Positions 42,201 to 55,600 of a stretch of DNA of 64,000 bases are shown piece after piece. Location: NCBI GenBank assembly GCA_965603825.1, contig CBFDEM010000061.1, forward strand, positions 234,073-298,072. The letters are read 5' to 3'. Numbering within the stretch: position 1 is the first letter of the stretch; each line of letters starts with the position of its first letter. Below the pieces are notes generated by a model. It saw only the letters and a program-made list of their open reading frames with translations. It did no database searches and had not been told where the DNA came from. The DNA comes from Blepharisma stoltei ATCC 30299. Taxonomy: Eukaryota > Protista > Ciliophora. The translations under genes were made by a program, and so were the position numbers.

Positions 42201-45200
42201 AATTCTTCGCATGATAAGCATGTGCTTTGTTTGCACAATCTACAAGTTAAGCCATTTCTACAGCCATAAGCGCAGTAAGACAAACAGTTTCCACAGCTAG
42301 CTCCTGGGTATGTATTTATCAAGCACTCACTAAGGCACACTAAACTGCTAGGACATTTAGAGCATGACCCATTGCATCCACTGTTAGCATAGTCTAATCC
42401 ATAGCTTAGAGAATCTGGGTATATAGTAATTCTATCAACAAATCCAGTGAATCCATTATTCATGCTAGGACTGCTTCCTATAAACAACAACCCAGAAGGA
42501 TTATCTTTTAGATATGAAAGCATAGCAGTTTTTGGAGCACAATCCACCGCTCCATTGACATATAAATTAACAGTGGTCGATCCGAAAGCATCAATATTCG
42601 ATATTTGAGAAGTATCAGAATTTAAGCTTGCAGTTGCTGAAATTAAATTTCATGAATTGAGTAAGCTAGAACTTGAGGTTAAATCATTTCAAACTGAGGT
42701 TCAAAAAGAACTAAATGTGCAATTAAAATATGCTTGGCCAGTATTCTTTATGCTTAATTGGAAATTATAATCAGAAACATATTTCGCCATAAGATAGCCA
42801 CCTCCAAATACTTTTAATCACAATGAAATAGTAAAACTCGTTCCAATCATATAAGTTGTAGATATAGAGCTGTTGCCAGAAAAATAATACCCGCGATTTA
42901 TAGCAGGCCAAGGATCATTTGAATCATAGATAGGGTACTTATTTGTATCAATGTTTCCTACTTTTAGTGAGCTGATAGCATCAAGTTTAATCAGATTGTA
43001 GAAATCTGAGAAAAATAGAGTTGATCCTGAAATATCACAGGTATTTGTTAAAGAGTTCATTGTATATCCACTGGGGCACTTAGAAATGCACATACCGCTA
43101 TTTAAGTAATATCCCGAAAAGCATGATGTGCAAGAGTTGAATATAAAACTCAAGCATTTTTTGCAGCCAGCAGGGCACGCTAAGCAAATATAGTTGTATC
43201 TGATAAAATAGCCGTCAATGCAAGCACAAGCTTGAGAAGGAGCATCTGAAGAAAAACCTACGCACTTTGTGCATGATCCTGGGCTGAAATTGGTGCACGA
43301 AGCACATAGAGGGTCAGCGCATTGATTACAAAAGACATTTCTGGGGCATCCTGTAAGAGAATTATCACAGGTAGAACAGTTTGTAGCATCATTATACGAA
43401 GCTAAAGTATAGGGAGAGAGACACAAACTTGCTAACCCTAATCCGCAAATATTATCATTAATTCATGAAGAAAAATCAGTGACTAGCACATTTCATAGTT
43501 GGAACGAATAAATATACCCCACAAAGCAATTATAATATGCATTAATTCTTAAGGAGCCTGCATTAAAAAGTGGTCTATAAATTGCACCTGATCTAGTTAT
43601 AGTATACGTTGGGACTCCATTCACAAAAGCATTTATTTGTACGCTATTGTATCCGTAGTTCATGGTAAATGATAAATAATTCCATGCATCATTCGGCACT
43701 ATTGCTGCATTCGTAGAAAATTTAATCTTTGTAGCCCAACCATTGCTTATTTGATACAATAAAGACGCATCTGTAGAAAACACAAAATCATAGTTATAAT
43801 ACGTAATAAAATAAGATACCAGGTTTCCATGGATTAGAGTATTCACCCAAACTCCAACTGAAATATCATGATTTAGCCAAAGAGAGTCAGCTTGCAAATA
43901 GGTATTTTGAGTGAGAAGTAATCCTCTCTGAGCTGAAGTTGCAGAGTCATAGCTGTCAAGTGTCTTAAAAAAGTTATAGCGAGTTGAATCAATTTTGGTT
44001 TTGAATGGCCCATATGTTGTCAGAAGACCTGAATTAAATAGTTCATTGATAACTGGAGTTGATACAGGAGAACAGCCAGAGCCAAAGCCATATGGGCAAC
44101 CGGGTAAACAAATTAATCCTACAAGAGTGGACCCTGAATAGCACACTGAGCACTCGTAAAAGGTAGTGCCCAGGCATGTTTTGCAGTACCTGTCACAGAA
44201 TGAGCATGAGAGAGTTTCTGGGTACCAAAAATAAGAATTCTTGCAGACGCAGCCGCCATTTCCATCTGGAGAGGCGTTTGAAACACATGAAGTGCATGGA
44301 CCTGAAAATGATAGGCAGCTATTGCATGCAGGCATTCGACATAGTCCACATGAGATACTATTTCTACAGCCTCCTGTGCATCCACTGAGGCAATTAGTGC
44401 AAGTTGAAGTAGAAGTATCTAAATACTTTAAGAATGAGCACATAGGAAATATTATTCCATTTGGGCACTGAGCGCCTCCACATCCAGCCGTATTTCAGTC
44501 AGTGCTATATTGAGTTTCATCATTATAAGCTGAAAAACTCCATAAAAATCCCACAAAACCTCCCGATGCGTTCCCGATGTACATACTTCCTAAATCTTTC
44601 AAATATGCTAAATTTGATGATAAAGATGAGCTCACAAGAGCATTATTAATATATATAATCAAGTTCGTTTTGCCCAAGAAGACAAGCCCAACTATTGATA
44701 AATACTTTCAATTATTTAGCACTGAAGAAGTCCCTGATATATTTATTGAAGAAGAATCAGATAAAGTCAGAAAAGCCGAAGGAATACCTGCCCCCGTAAT
44801 TGAGATTGAAATGTATGTTGTCGTAGAAGTTTTTCTGAACAAAGCACCTCCAGATATTGGGTATACCCAAAAATTCAAAGATAAAAAAGGTGACATATAA
44901 ATTCCTGTACTTGTCAAATAGCTTGAAGATTTGAAATAGTATCCTCTGTTATAAGAAGGAACAGGGTCATTAACATCATAACTTGGATACACATTATTAT
45001 TTAATAAGCCAACCTGAAAGTCTGAAATTTTATCCAGAAGTATAATTTCATTGAAGGTTGCTTCTACAACCAAATTTGTTATTTGGATGCATTTATTTAA
45101 TACGCTGTCTTGCGAATACTTTGATGGACAGGATGTCATACATATTCCTCTAAGTAAATAAGTCCCTGATGAGCAGGCAGTGCATGAATAATAGCCTGGT

Positions 45201-47227
45201 CCAGAGCATGCTATGCAAGAAGTGCTACATAGGCTACATATAGATAGCCCATTTGGCTTATAATATCCGGTATTGCATGCACATGGATTTCCCGCTGCAT
45301 TTGTTATACATTGACTACAGCTTCCGCTGTTAAACGAGCTGCAAATTCCACATAAATTATCATTGCAAATATTGCAATTTCCGTTTAAAACACATCCAAG
45401 TGTGCATCCTCCGTCGCATGCAGTGCAGGCTGATCCCCAAAACAAAAATCCGCAATTTCACAAGCAACTGATTCCATTCCCTGACCCGCATCCTCCATCT
45501 CCCATTTCTCCGGAAAAATCATTGATAATCCCTCCCCAGAGTTTAAAATAGCTTACAAATCCATTATAATTATTCGAAACACTCTTTCCTATAAATAATT
45601 TATCATTGCTAGAAGGCCTAAATACATAGTTGCTTATGGAATTTGGTGCACTGGGAGAGTTATTGGAGTACACAATAAGTGATGTTTGTTTATTGGAGAA
45701 GCTGACTGAAAAAGAAAGATAATTTCAGCTAGAGGTACTTATTGAGACTGAGTTAGATAAAGAGGCTGTTGATGTATTATCCCATGAAATTAATAACAAT
45801 GTAGCTAAGCCTGCTGAAGAAACCTTAAGATTCCCATATGAATTCCCTAAAATATCGCCTGCTTGAGGTCTTATTCATAAGGAAATTGTAAATGTATGCG
45901 AAAGATCAATAGCACCTGCTAAATATTTCCCAGAAGTAAAATACAGACCGCGATTTTGAGTTGGTACAGGATCTATAGTTTCTGGAGAGTTAAAAAATTG
46001 ATAACTTGAAGAGTCAGTCCCAGTGTTAAAAATCCCATAGCTTCCTGCAAAAGGAACATTAAAATCAGTCGAAATAAAAATTCCAGGATTTACAGCGCAG
46101 CTTCCAAAACCATATGGGCATGAATTTAAGCATATCCCACCAATCAAAAATTTTCCAGCTTTGCATGTATTGCAGCTCCAAGTTTGACTGCAAGCATCAC
46201 ACAAAGCATCACAACAGCCTGGAACCAGTCCAGTATTGCAGCTTGTGCACATTGAAGTTTCATAACCATTACAAGCCGTACAATCTAAGCTTTTGCATAC
46301 TAAACAATTTTCACTTCTGATGCATCATGGTCAGCTTTGACAAGAGCCGCTACATAATTGGCAATTTGATCCGCCCCAGAAATAAGAATTTAAGCAGGTA
46401 GGAGGATTGATGGAAGGAAAATTTATTGTATTATCACTATTAACTTGGATTCAATAAATAAAGCCTTGGAAAGAATTTGTTGGATGCCCTATTACTCAGT
46501 CATAGCTCCCATTAGGGAAATTTGCTTCTCTGCCTGAAATAGTTAGTATGTGTGGGGTATTATTTATAATAATTTGTAAATCAATTGAGTTATAAGCTGT
46601 TTGAGTAAATTGAAAAGTCACGCCCTCTCAAGAATTACTTAATGCAAGTCCTTGAATAGATGCTAAAACACTATTTCCTGAGTCTAGCTGGTTTTTCAAT
46701 AATAAACTCATATGATAGTTGCCAGACAAAGTTTCAATTTTAATATACTCTAAAGTTCCAATTTTAGCATAAAAAATAACACCAGAAAAAGAAATAGGAA
46801 AAATCCAAATGTTCATTGTAAATAAATAGCTAGGAATATAAATATTTGAGTTTTCTATTGCTGAAGTGCTCGCAAAATAAAATCCTCTATCTACAGTGGG
46901 CAGAGGAGTATTTTGATTTGAATCACCAAATTGAAGATTAGAAAGGTTTGAGAAGCTTGCAACTGTTTTTGCAGTAAGATCTTTCTGAGTCGTAAAGTCA
47001 ATCGTAAAAACTTGGCCAAATGGAGATGAGCAGGATGGTATTGGAGTTGAAGAAAATACTGAGTTAGATGGACAAGTTTCCACACAGAGTAAATTTCCTA
47101 TCAGACTGTAGCCAGTTGAGCAAAGAGTGCAAGGAACTGCACAAGAAGATGAATCACAAAATATGCAGCATTGAGAAATTGCCAATTGAAGTAGAGATGC
47201 TATTAATAAATAAAACTTCACCCTCAT
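36290..47227 (-). CDS. G6: ~3645-aa paralog, 9 modules plus ~9-TM domain (longest complete member)
   Basis: Eighteen co-framed ORFs with TGA breaks and TAA at 36290-36292. Length 10938 nt is 3646 codons. Signal peptide MRVKFYLLIASLLQLAISQC. Module motifs about every 1 kb from ~46885 to ~38720. Confidence 0.9.
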
Positions 47228-47976
47228 TAATTATATATATTGAGAGAATTAAAAATATATTTTCATCAAATGCACCATTTTATGCAACAACCACGCAGGA
47301 ATATTCTAAATCATCTTTTATAAATATTTTAATTTTTCTAAAAAATTCATGCTTTTTGATCGAAAAACCTTTGAAAATTAGTTTTATAAACACAAAACAA
47401 TCAGCTTAATCGCGAAATCGCAGTTTCTAAACCGATTTTTCTTACATTATTGTTCAAGCATAGAATTTAGAGTTAAAGAGAAAAAAGATAAGCCCTAGAT
47501 CTTGTTTTATCTAAGAAGCGCATATAAGATAGGCCTATTTTTAAGAAATAAAATAAAATGCTAAACAGCGTTCAAATAAATAATCCGAATTAATAGCAAT
47601 ATCTAGCTTAATTAATTTCTTTATAATAATCTTAATGATATACGGGCTTTATATTAATATTATTTGAAAACAATAGAATTTTGGAGTTAATACATTTTTA
47701 AAAGATCAATGCTAATAAAATGATAGCATGAATTTTCCATTAGTCTAAACTAATTTTTGCATCATCAATATTGAAGGTTCACTATTGTTTCTTTCTGGGA
47801 TTAATAATTATGATGCTTTGGGAAATATTACAAATATTCCACATTTGCAGAGGTCAAATTCTAAAATAAAATCATTAAAAGAGAATTTTATGTTTATATA
47901 TAATATTTTAACTGATAAATATTATGTTTAATTGATTCTATTCGATGCTAGTTTTTCTTAATAGTTCGTTCTATAT

Positions 47977-50900
47977 TTACATAGTTTCTTGAATTTCTTC
48001 CATCGGGTGAATACTTAATTTAGCGTTTCCATATAAATTTAGCTTATATCTGAGAATTTGATGAAGAGTTCTTACAAAAATAGCGATAGATGTGCATAAT
48101 TGTGTTCCAATAATTATAATAGAAATAAAAATAATACAGTTTTCAGTATAATATATCATCTTTGGACTTATATCAAATAAGTAAAATGAAGTGATAAACA
48201 TAATTAGTCCAATCATAATCTCGCTCACCAAGTTTGAAATCTGAATAATTTTATCTTCAAAAGGTCAATAAATGAGTAAATAAAATATACTGAGCAACGA
48301 GCATATAATATTAATTGAAATCTGCATCTTTGGGCTCTCACTTAAAAACGCCAAATTTGTTGCATATATAAATCTCCTTAGAAAGTAAACAAAATAATAA
48401 AGGGAATAGAGCAGTCCTCTTTCAGTCTGAAATTCATAAAAAAATGAATCATATAAAGAATTGAATTCTTTTTCTTTGGTTTGGATTTTGAATCTATTTC
48501 TATAAGAAAATCTCAAAAACGCAAGAGGAGAAACTATAAACAGCGAAACAACTATAAAACAAATAATGATATTTGCTATTTGAATTCAATTATTGACTTT
48601 AAACATTTTTAGGCCCACAAGTGCAGCAGCACCAAGTTCAAGGTAGCATTGTATCCAGAATCTTATATAGAAACCATATTTATAATTTTTGAAAATTCTT
48701 AGAAATCTTTTACCAACCAATCTATACGAGCAATCAGCAAAGTATATAGCGAATGGTAGTGAAATTATTGATGCAACTATTATAAAAAAATCATCGCCTT
48801 GGTTCAGTAAAATTAAATCAGTATCATATCCAAAATTTCTTGCTTCATCATAAGCTCTGCTGCCTTCTTTTTCATCTATTAAATACTCAAAAACATTTGG
48901 AAAAAGGTTATATGAATTTAAATTCGATAAATACTCACTTATTTTTTCAGAAAAAGGAATTCCTGATAATGATAAATAGCTGAGAATTTGTAAGCAATTC
49001 AATAAACCCCATAAGGAGCTTGGATTTGGATTGAAAAATGATAGAGCTACACTTCCAATAACTGCACTTTCAACAGTTGTTGTTACTTTTGCAGTAATTG
49101 CAGCTACTACTATACTATAAGAATTTGGGTCGTATTCATTGAGTGTTGAGCTAATCGTAGAAGAGTCCAAAATCCCATTATAAATTGACCTTATCTGGGA
49201 CAGATCAAAAAATTTTACATTGACTATTGTATTTTTTTCAATTTTGTCCTTAATTTGTGTTGGAATGATATAATAAGTATTATTTATTTGTTCGAGGCTC
49301 CAAGTGATTTCTGGGCCATTTTCAATTCATATTATGAAATCATCTAATGTAAGTGTGTACTGCAAAGGATCTGAAAAATTGAGGGATAAAGTATCATCTG
49401 AAAAAACTAAGAGATTAACAGAAAATGAAACATATGTGCATGCTGTGGTTCCATTATAGCTAATATTGCAGACACAAGAGTTATTTTTGAGGGAAGCATT
49501 TGGCTTGCAACTTATGCATTCATTTGGAGAGTTATCTGAGCAAATATCACATAAGGAATCATTACAAACTAAGCAATTTTCCTTGGTGTCTTTGCAACTG
49601 TTGTTGCAGCTTGAATCGCATTTAAGACAATTATTATACCCTGGCCCTTCCCAAGATTCAGTGATGTTGCAATTAGGTATGCATGTCCCAGTTATATTGC
49701 AAACTCTGCAGTTCTCCAAGCATGATGTTTGTGATAAGAGTCCAATCTCATAAGCTTTATTATATATTCTTATTTCATACAAAAATCCTTGGAAAAAGTC
49801 TCCAATTCCTTGGGAAATCTGCCTAGCACCAATAAGAGTAACTACGTCAGAATTAATATCTTGAAAATATCCAAAACCAGCAATATACGGAGTATCTTGA
49901 TTAGTATTAGCATAACATGTTGCAACAGAATGCCCACTAGTATCAACTGCAACTATAAATGCTAAATGATTTCATTCAAAATTGTGAAGTGATATCTTGC
50001 TTGAATAAATAAATATAGAATTGTCTATTAAAAACGTTAAAATTGGCATTGCATTAACTAAAGTGATAGCATAGACAATTGAATAGTTATCAGAAATATT
50101 ATTTTTTGACATTATAGTGCAGCTTTCATTTTCAGCATTTAATCATATAGAAATCATAAAAATAGGTCCAATCCTTAACTTTGGTGATATATAATTTTTA
50201 TACTCAGGCAATCTCAATATAGAAGAATTTCCATTAAAATAAAAGCCTCTCAAATATGCACTTTTTGGATCATCTTCTTCATAATTTGGATAAAATTGTT
50301 CAGATGACCCTGTTATTACTGGAATTGAACTTACACTATCATAGATAATTCCACTTTGAGTATTTAAATTTAAATCGAAAATAATATCAGATTCGAATAA
50401 GCATTCGCTGACCGATTTAGTGTATCCCATAGGACAATCAGATAAGCAACTCCCTGCTGCAACAAAATAATAATAATATGAGATGCAGGATGTACACTGA
50501 TAATAAAGTGATCCGCTACAGTTGGAGCATCCAGTATAGCATTGAGAGCATGCAGTTTGTCCAGCGGCTTGATAATATCCAATATCGCATTGACATAGAA
50601 TACCTAATCGATTTTGTTCACATGAATTGCAAGAATTAGGCTCAAATGATGAACACTCCAAACAAAATTCAGTTGCACAAAGATTGCACGAGTCTGCTTT
50701 AACACAGCCACTCTGGCACGAGTCTAAGCATTTATTACAAGAATTCCCATCAAAATAGAAACCATAATCACAACTTCACAAGGAAAATGCTCCTTGATCG
50801 TCATTGAAATAATCTCGAAAAGACAGAAAGTCTGTAAATACGGTTTGCCACAATTGAAAGAGACTTATAAATCCATTAAAATCAGCACCAAGGTAAAGTG

Positions 50901-52551
50901 ATGCTCCAGCTATGGGTCGAAAAATGCCTTCTTGAACTATATATGAATTTTCAGCAGAAGCATCTATATATGGAGTAATTGATGAAGATCCATCATCACG
51001 GTATTTTATTATATATGAAATATAATTCCAATTATTAAGAGATGGTGATGTTGAAGCGGAATACGCGGTATAATCACCCAAAAAATTTTGCATGCTAATT
51101 TCGATTGTTCCATCAGAATGCACTTTGAGATTTTCAGTATATGTTATATAATATCCACTGATGGGATAAATCCATGCTCCAATCGTGAATGTACGATAAA
51201 GATTTATTGTAGCTTTCAAATAAGAATTGGGAAGAAAATAAAGCCCTCTCTGCTTTGCAGGAAGTGGATCAATGCTTTCAGGGGAGTTTCAGTAGTTATA
51301 GGCAGATGAACTTTCTCCAGTAATCATAATATTATCGTAAATTCCTGCAAAGCTTTTAGTAAAATCAGCGTTAATAACAGGTGTATTTACCGGTGAATTA
51401 TTAATAAAACCATATGGTACAGCATACAAGCAAACTCCATCAATAAGAACTGTCCCTTCACTGCAGGAAGTACTATTGAATGTTGAAATACAAGTATTTG
51501 CAAGTCAATCACAACAATAAGGTAGCATTCCAGTTTTGCATCCTGTGCACATATTTTCAGCATATCCATAACACTCTGAACATTCCAATGAATAGCACCT
51601 AGAACAGTCGTCTTCGCCAGTCGAGCAAAGTCAATTTTGGCAGCCTGAATCATTATCACATTTCATACATTGGCCAAAATAGTTTAGAATGCTGCATAGA
51701 TTTGTTGTATCCAATATTCAATAATTTGAGTTCAAGCTATTTGTTGCTTCAATTCAATATAAAAATCCAAAAAAAGAATCTGAATCTGACTTTCCAATTG
51801 TCCACGTATAAGCCCCGTCAGCAAAATTTGCTATTGTACTGCCCCATTTTGAAGTTCACCTATCAATATTATTTCTAGATACCGTTATATTTACTACATC
51901 ACAATCTATTTGATTAATTTGGATTGATATATATTGCCAATTGCTATCAATGATATCACTGCTTACGCTTATTTGATTTTCAATGTTGATTGCACTTTTT
52001 GCTAAAATTTTAAAAGTAAAAATATCTGAATTATATATTAGTTCTATGTAATTTTTTGAGTCTAAATTTGCAGTCAATATCTGTCCAGTCGAAATAGGTA
52101 AAATTCATGCATTTGATGTAAAATAGAGTGCTGGAATGTAGTTCTGATTGCTAGTCATAGATGAAGTTGAGCTAAAATAAAACCCACGATTTCTTGTTGG
52201 AAATGGTGACGTTTTGGTGTCTAAGCTGTAAGGAGTTCCTAATGGATTAGCCCATTTATCAGTTGGATCGATCTTATTCGCTATATAAGTTGCTGATAGA
52301 TCCTCTATTTTTCAAAATTCAAGCTCGAATAATGCAGGGGAAGTTGGCATCGAACATCCTGTACATGAATCTTCTTGAACTGAGTCGCATACTTTTCTAA
52401 AGTGAGTTGGACAAACATTGGCACAAATTTTATTATCAATCAGCAAAGTATTAATCATATCATTGCATGCACCAGTATCCGTAAACGACTGGCACTGTGA
52501 AAAAGCTAGCAATATATTGGAGAAAAATAACAAAAGGAATTGCAATTTCAT
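47977..52551 (-). CDS. G7: ~1524-aa paralog, 3 modules plus ~9-TM domain
   Basis: Eight co-framed ORFs with TGA breaks and TAA at 47977-47979. Signal peptide MKLQFLLLFFSNILLAFSQC. Module motifs at ~52180, 51240 and 50240. Confidence 0.9.
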
Positions 52552-52651
52552 CTTTAAATTCTTAAATAATTATATTTCACTATCAAGAATATAAAAAGCT
52601 TAATAAGCAAGCATGTGTATTTATTTTGTTATAAAAATTTAGTAAATATAC

Positions 52652-55600
52652 TTAAATCGTTTCTGAAAACTCTTCAATAGGGTGAACTTTTAATTTAGAA
52701 TTTCCATATGGATTTAATTTACCACCAAAAAGTTGATAAATAGTTCTTGCAAAAATCGAGATTGAAGTGCAAAACTGTACCCCTATTACCATTATAGATG
52801 TGAAAATTATAAAGTTTTCCATATCTGATATCATGCTTGAGCTTAAATCAAATAAATAAAAAGAAGTTGCACACATAATTATTGAGATCATAATTTCACT
52901 AGCTAAATTCGAAATCTGAATAATTTTATCTTTATAAGGCCAATACGCAATTAAATAAAATATACTGATCAAGGAGCATATAATATTTATTGAAACTTGC
53001 GTCCTTGGGTAATCACTCAGGAACACCAAATTAGTCGAGTATATAAGTCTCCTCAAGAAGTAAACAAAATAGTAAAGAGAATAGAGAAATCCTTTTTCAG
53101 TCCGAAATTCATAAAAAAAGGAGTCAAATAGTGAAAAGAATGTTTTAGACTTTGATTGAATTTTTACTCGATTTCTATAAGAAAACCAAAAAAATGCAAA
53201 AGGGGAAGCTGTATATAATGAAATAATCCCAAAGCAAATAATAATATTTGTTATTTGAGTAAAATTTTGGATTTTGAACATTTTTAGCCCTACATATGCA
53301 GCAGTTCCAAGCTCAAGGAAGCATTGTATCCAGAATCTTATATAGAAAGCATATTTATAATTTTGGTACATTTTTTGAAATTTTTTTCCAACCATTCTGT
53401 AAGAACAATTAGCTAAATATAATACTAATGGAATAAAAAGTACTGAGGCAGCTGCTATAGAAAAATCATCACCTTGGTTTAATAAGATTAAATCAGTATT
53501 GTATCCAAAATTTATAGCATTATCATAAGCTTTGCTTCCCTCTTTTTCATTTATTAAATATTCAAAAACATTTGGAAAAAGGCTAAATGAATTTAAATTT
53601 GATAAGAATTTATTCATTTTTTCTGAAAAAGGAATTCCTGATAATGATAAATAACTGAGAATTTGTAAGCAGCTTAAAAAGCTTCATAGTGAGCTTGGAT
53701 TTGGATTTACAAATGATGCAGCTATAGATCCAATAACTGCACCTTGCACAGCTGAAGATATTTGTGAAGTAATTTCAGTCATAGCTAAGCTATAAGAAGC
53801 TGGGTCATATTTATTAAGCCTAGAGCTAATTGTTGAGGAGCTCAAAATCCCATTATAAATTGACTTTACTTTTGTCAAATCAAAAAATGTGATATTTATT
53901 ATTGTATATTCTTCTATTTTTTCATTAAATATTGTTTGAATACTGTAGTAGGTTGTATTTACCAGTTCAAGGCTTCAGCTAAATTTTGGATCATTCTCAA
54001 TAGAAATTTTAAAACTGTCATTTGAAAGTGCATATTGCAAAGGATCTGAGAAATCAAGAGATAAAGAATCATTAGAAAAAATTAAGAGATCGACAGAAAA
54101 TGGGACATATTTGCACGCTGTGGTTCCATTGTAGCCACTATTACACGCACAAGAATTATTTTGAACTGAAGCATTTGGTTTGCATGCTTTACATCCATTT
54201 GATGAACTATTGCAAGTATCACATAAAAGATCTGTGCAAAAAGAACAAGAATTACCTAATCGATTTTCAACACACAAAAAGCAAGATTTAGAGTCAAATG
54301 ATGAGCATTTCAAGCAGAGCTCGCTATCACAAATATTGCATGAGTCTGCTCTCACGCAGCCATTTTGGCATGAATCTAAACATTTTTTGAAAGAACTTCC
54401 ATCATAGAAGGAATTAAAATCACAACTTCACAAATCCAATGCTCCTGCATTATTATTGAAATAACCTCGATAAGACTGAAAACTTGAAATAGCGATTTGT
54501 CACAACTGAAAAAGACTTATAAATCCATTAAAATCAGCTGATCCAAGATAAAGAGATCCGCCTGCTTCAGGTCTGAAAATCCCTTCTTGCACAAAATATG
54601 GATTTGTAATGTCAGTTTCTATATATGGAGATATTGATGAAGTTCCATTAAAACGGTATTCAATTGAATAGGAAATATAGTTTCATTTTTGAAGATTTGA
54701 CGATATTGAAGTGGAATACGTTTTGCTACTTCCAGCAAAATTTGGCATGCAGATCTCAATTGTCCCGTTAGAATGCACTTTCAGCTGATTCCCAGTATAT
54801 GTTATATAATATCCACTGATGGGATAAACCCATGCTCCAATCGTGAATGTATGATAAAGATTTATTGTAGCTTTCAAATAAGAATTGGGGATAAAATAAA
54901 GCCCTCTCTGTTTTGCAGGTAATGGATCAATGCTTTCAGGGGAGTTTCAGTAGTTATAGGTAGATGAACTTTCTCCAGTAACCAATATGCTATCGTAAAT
55001 TCCTGCAAAGCTATTAGTAAAATCAGCATTAATAACAGGAGTATTTACTGGCAAATTATTAACAAAGCCATATGGGATTGCATACAAGCAAACTTCATTA
55101 ATGAGAACTGTACCTATACTGCAGGTAATACTATTAAAAGTTGAAGAGCAAGAACTTGCTAATCAGTCACAACAAGATGGCTCCTTTCCACTTGTACATT
55201 TTGAGCACATATTTTGAGAGTATCCATAACACTTTGGGCATTGGTCTGAGTAGCACTTAGTGCAGTCATCCTCGCCAGGCATGCATAGTGAGGATGGAGG
55301 ATCGCAGTGTCCTGATTCATCACATACTATACAATTGTTATCATAAAGTATATGAATAATTAAATTAAGTTCTATATCATCGACTTTAATTCTTAATAGG
55401 CTAAAACCTTTCCCCACACAAATTAATGCACTTATATTTTATTTTACTCTTCACTCATCAAAATTATTGCAAGGTAGTCTAATATTGCATAATTGTGAAA
55501 AATCTGGGGATCAATGATAGTGATATAAAACATTTCATCCTTTAATTCAATATAAAAATCCATTGAAAGAAGTTTCATCTGATTTTCCGATTGTCCAATT

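Noticed and set aside
36290-47227. Immobilisation antigen or Giardia VSP-type surface antigen
   Set aside because: Those proteins are GPI-anchored or single-pass and lack interspersed beta domains. These proteins end in a polytopic TM domain.
55431-55447. 17-nt GT..AG tiny intron (GTAAAATAAAATATAAG) removing the G8 TAA
   Set aside because: Splicing it shifts the frame to CINLCGERF followed by TAG and does not explain the 132-bp excess. The IES model restores both length and homology.
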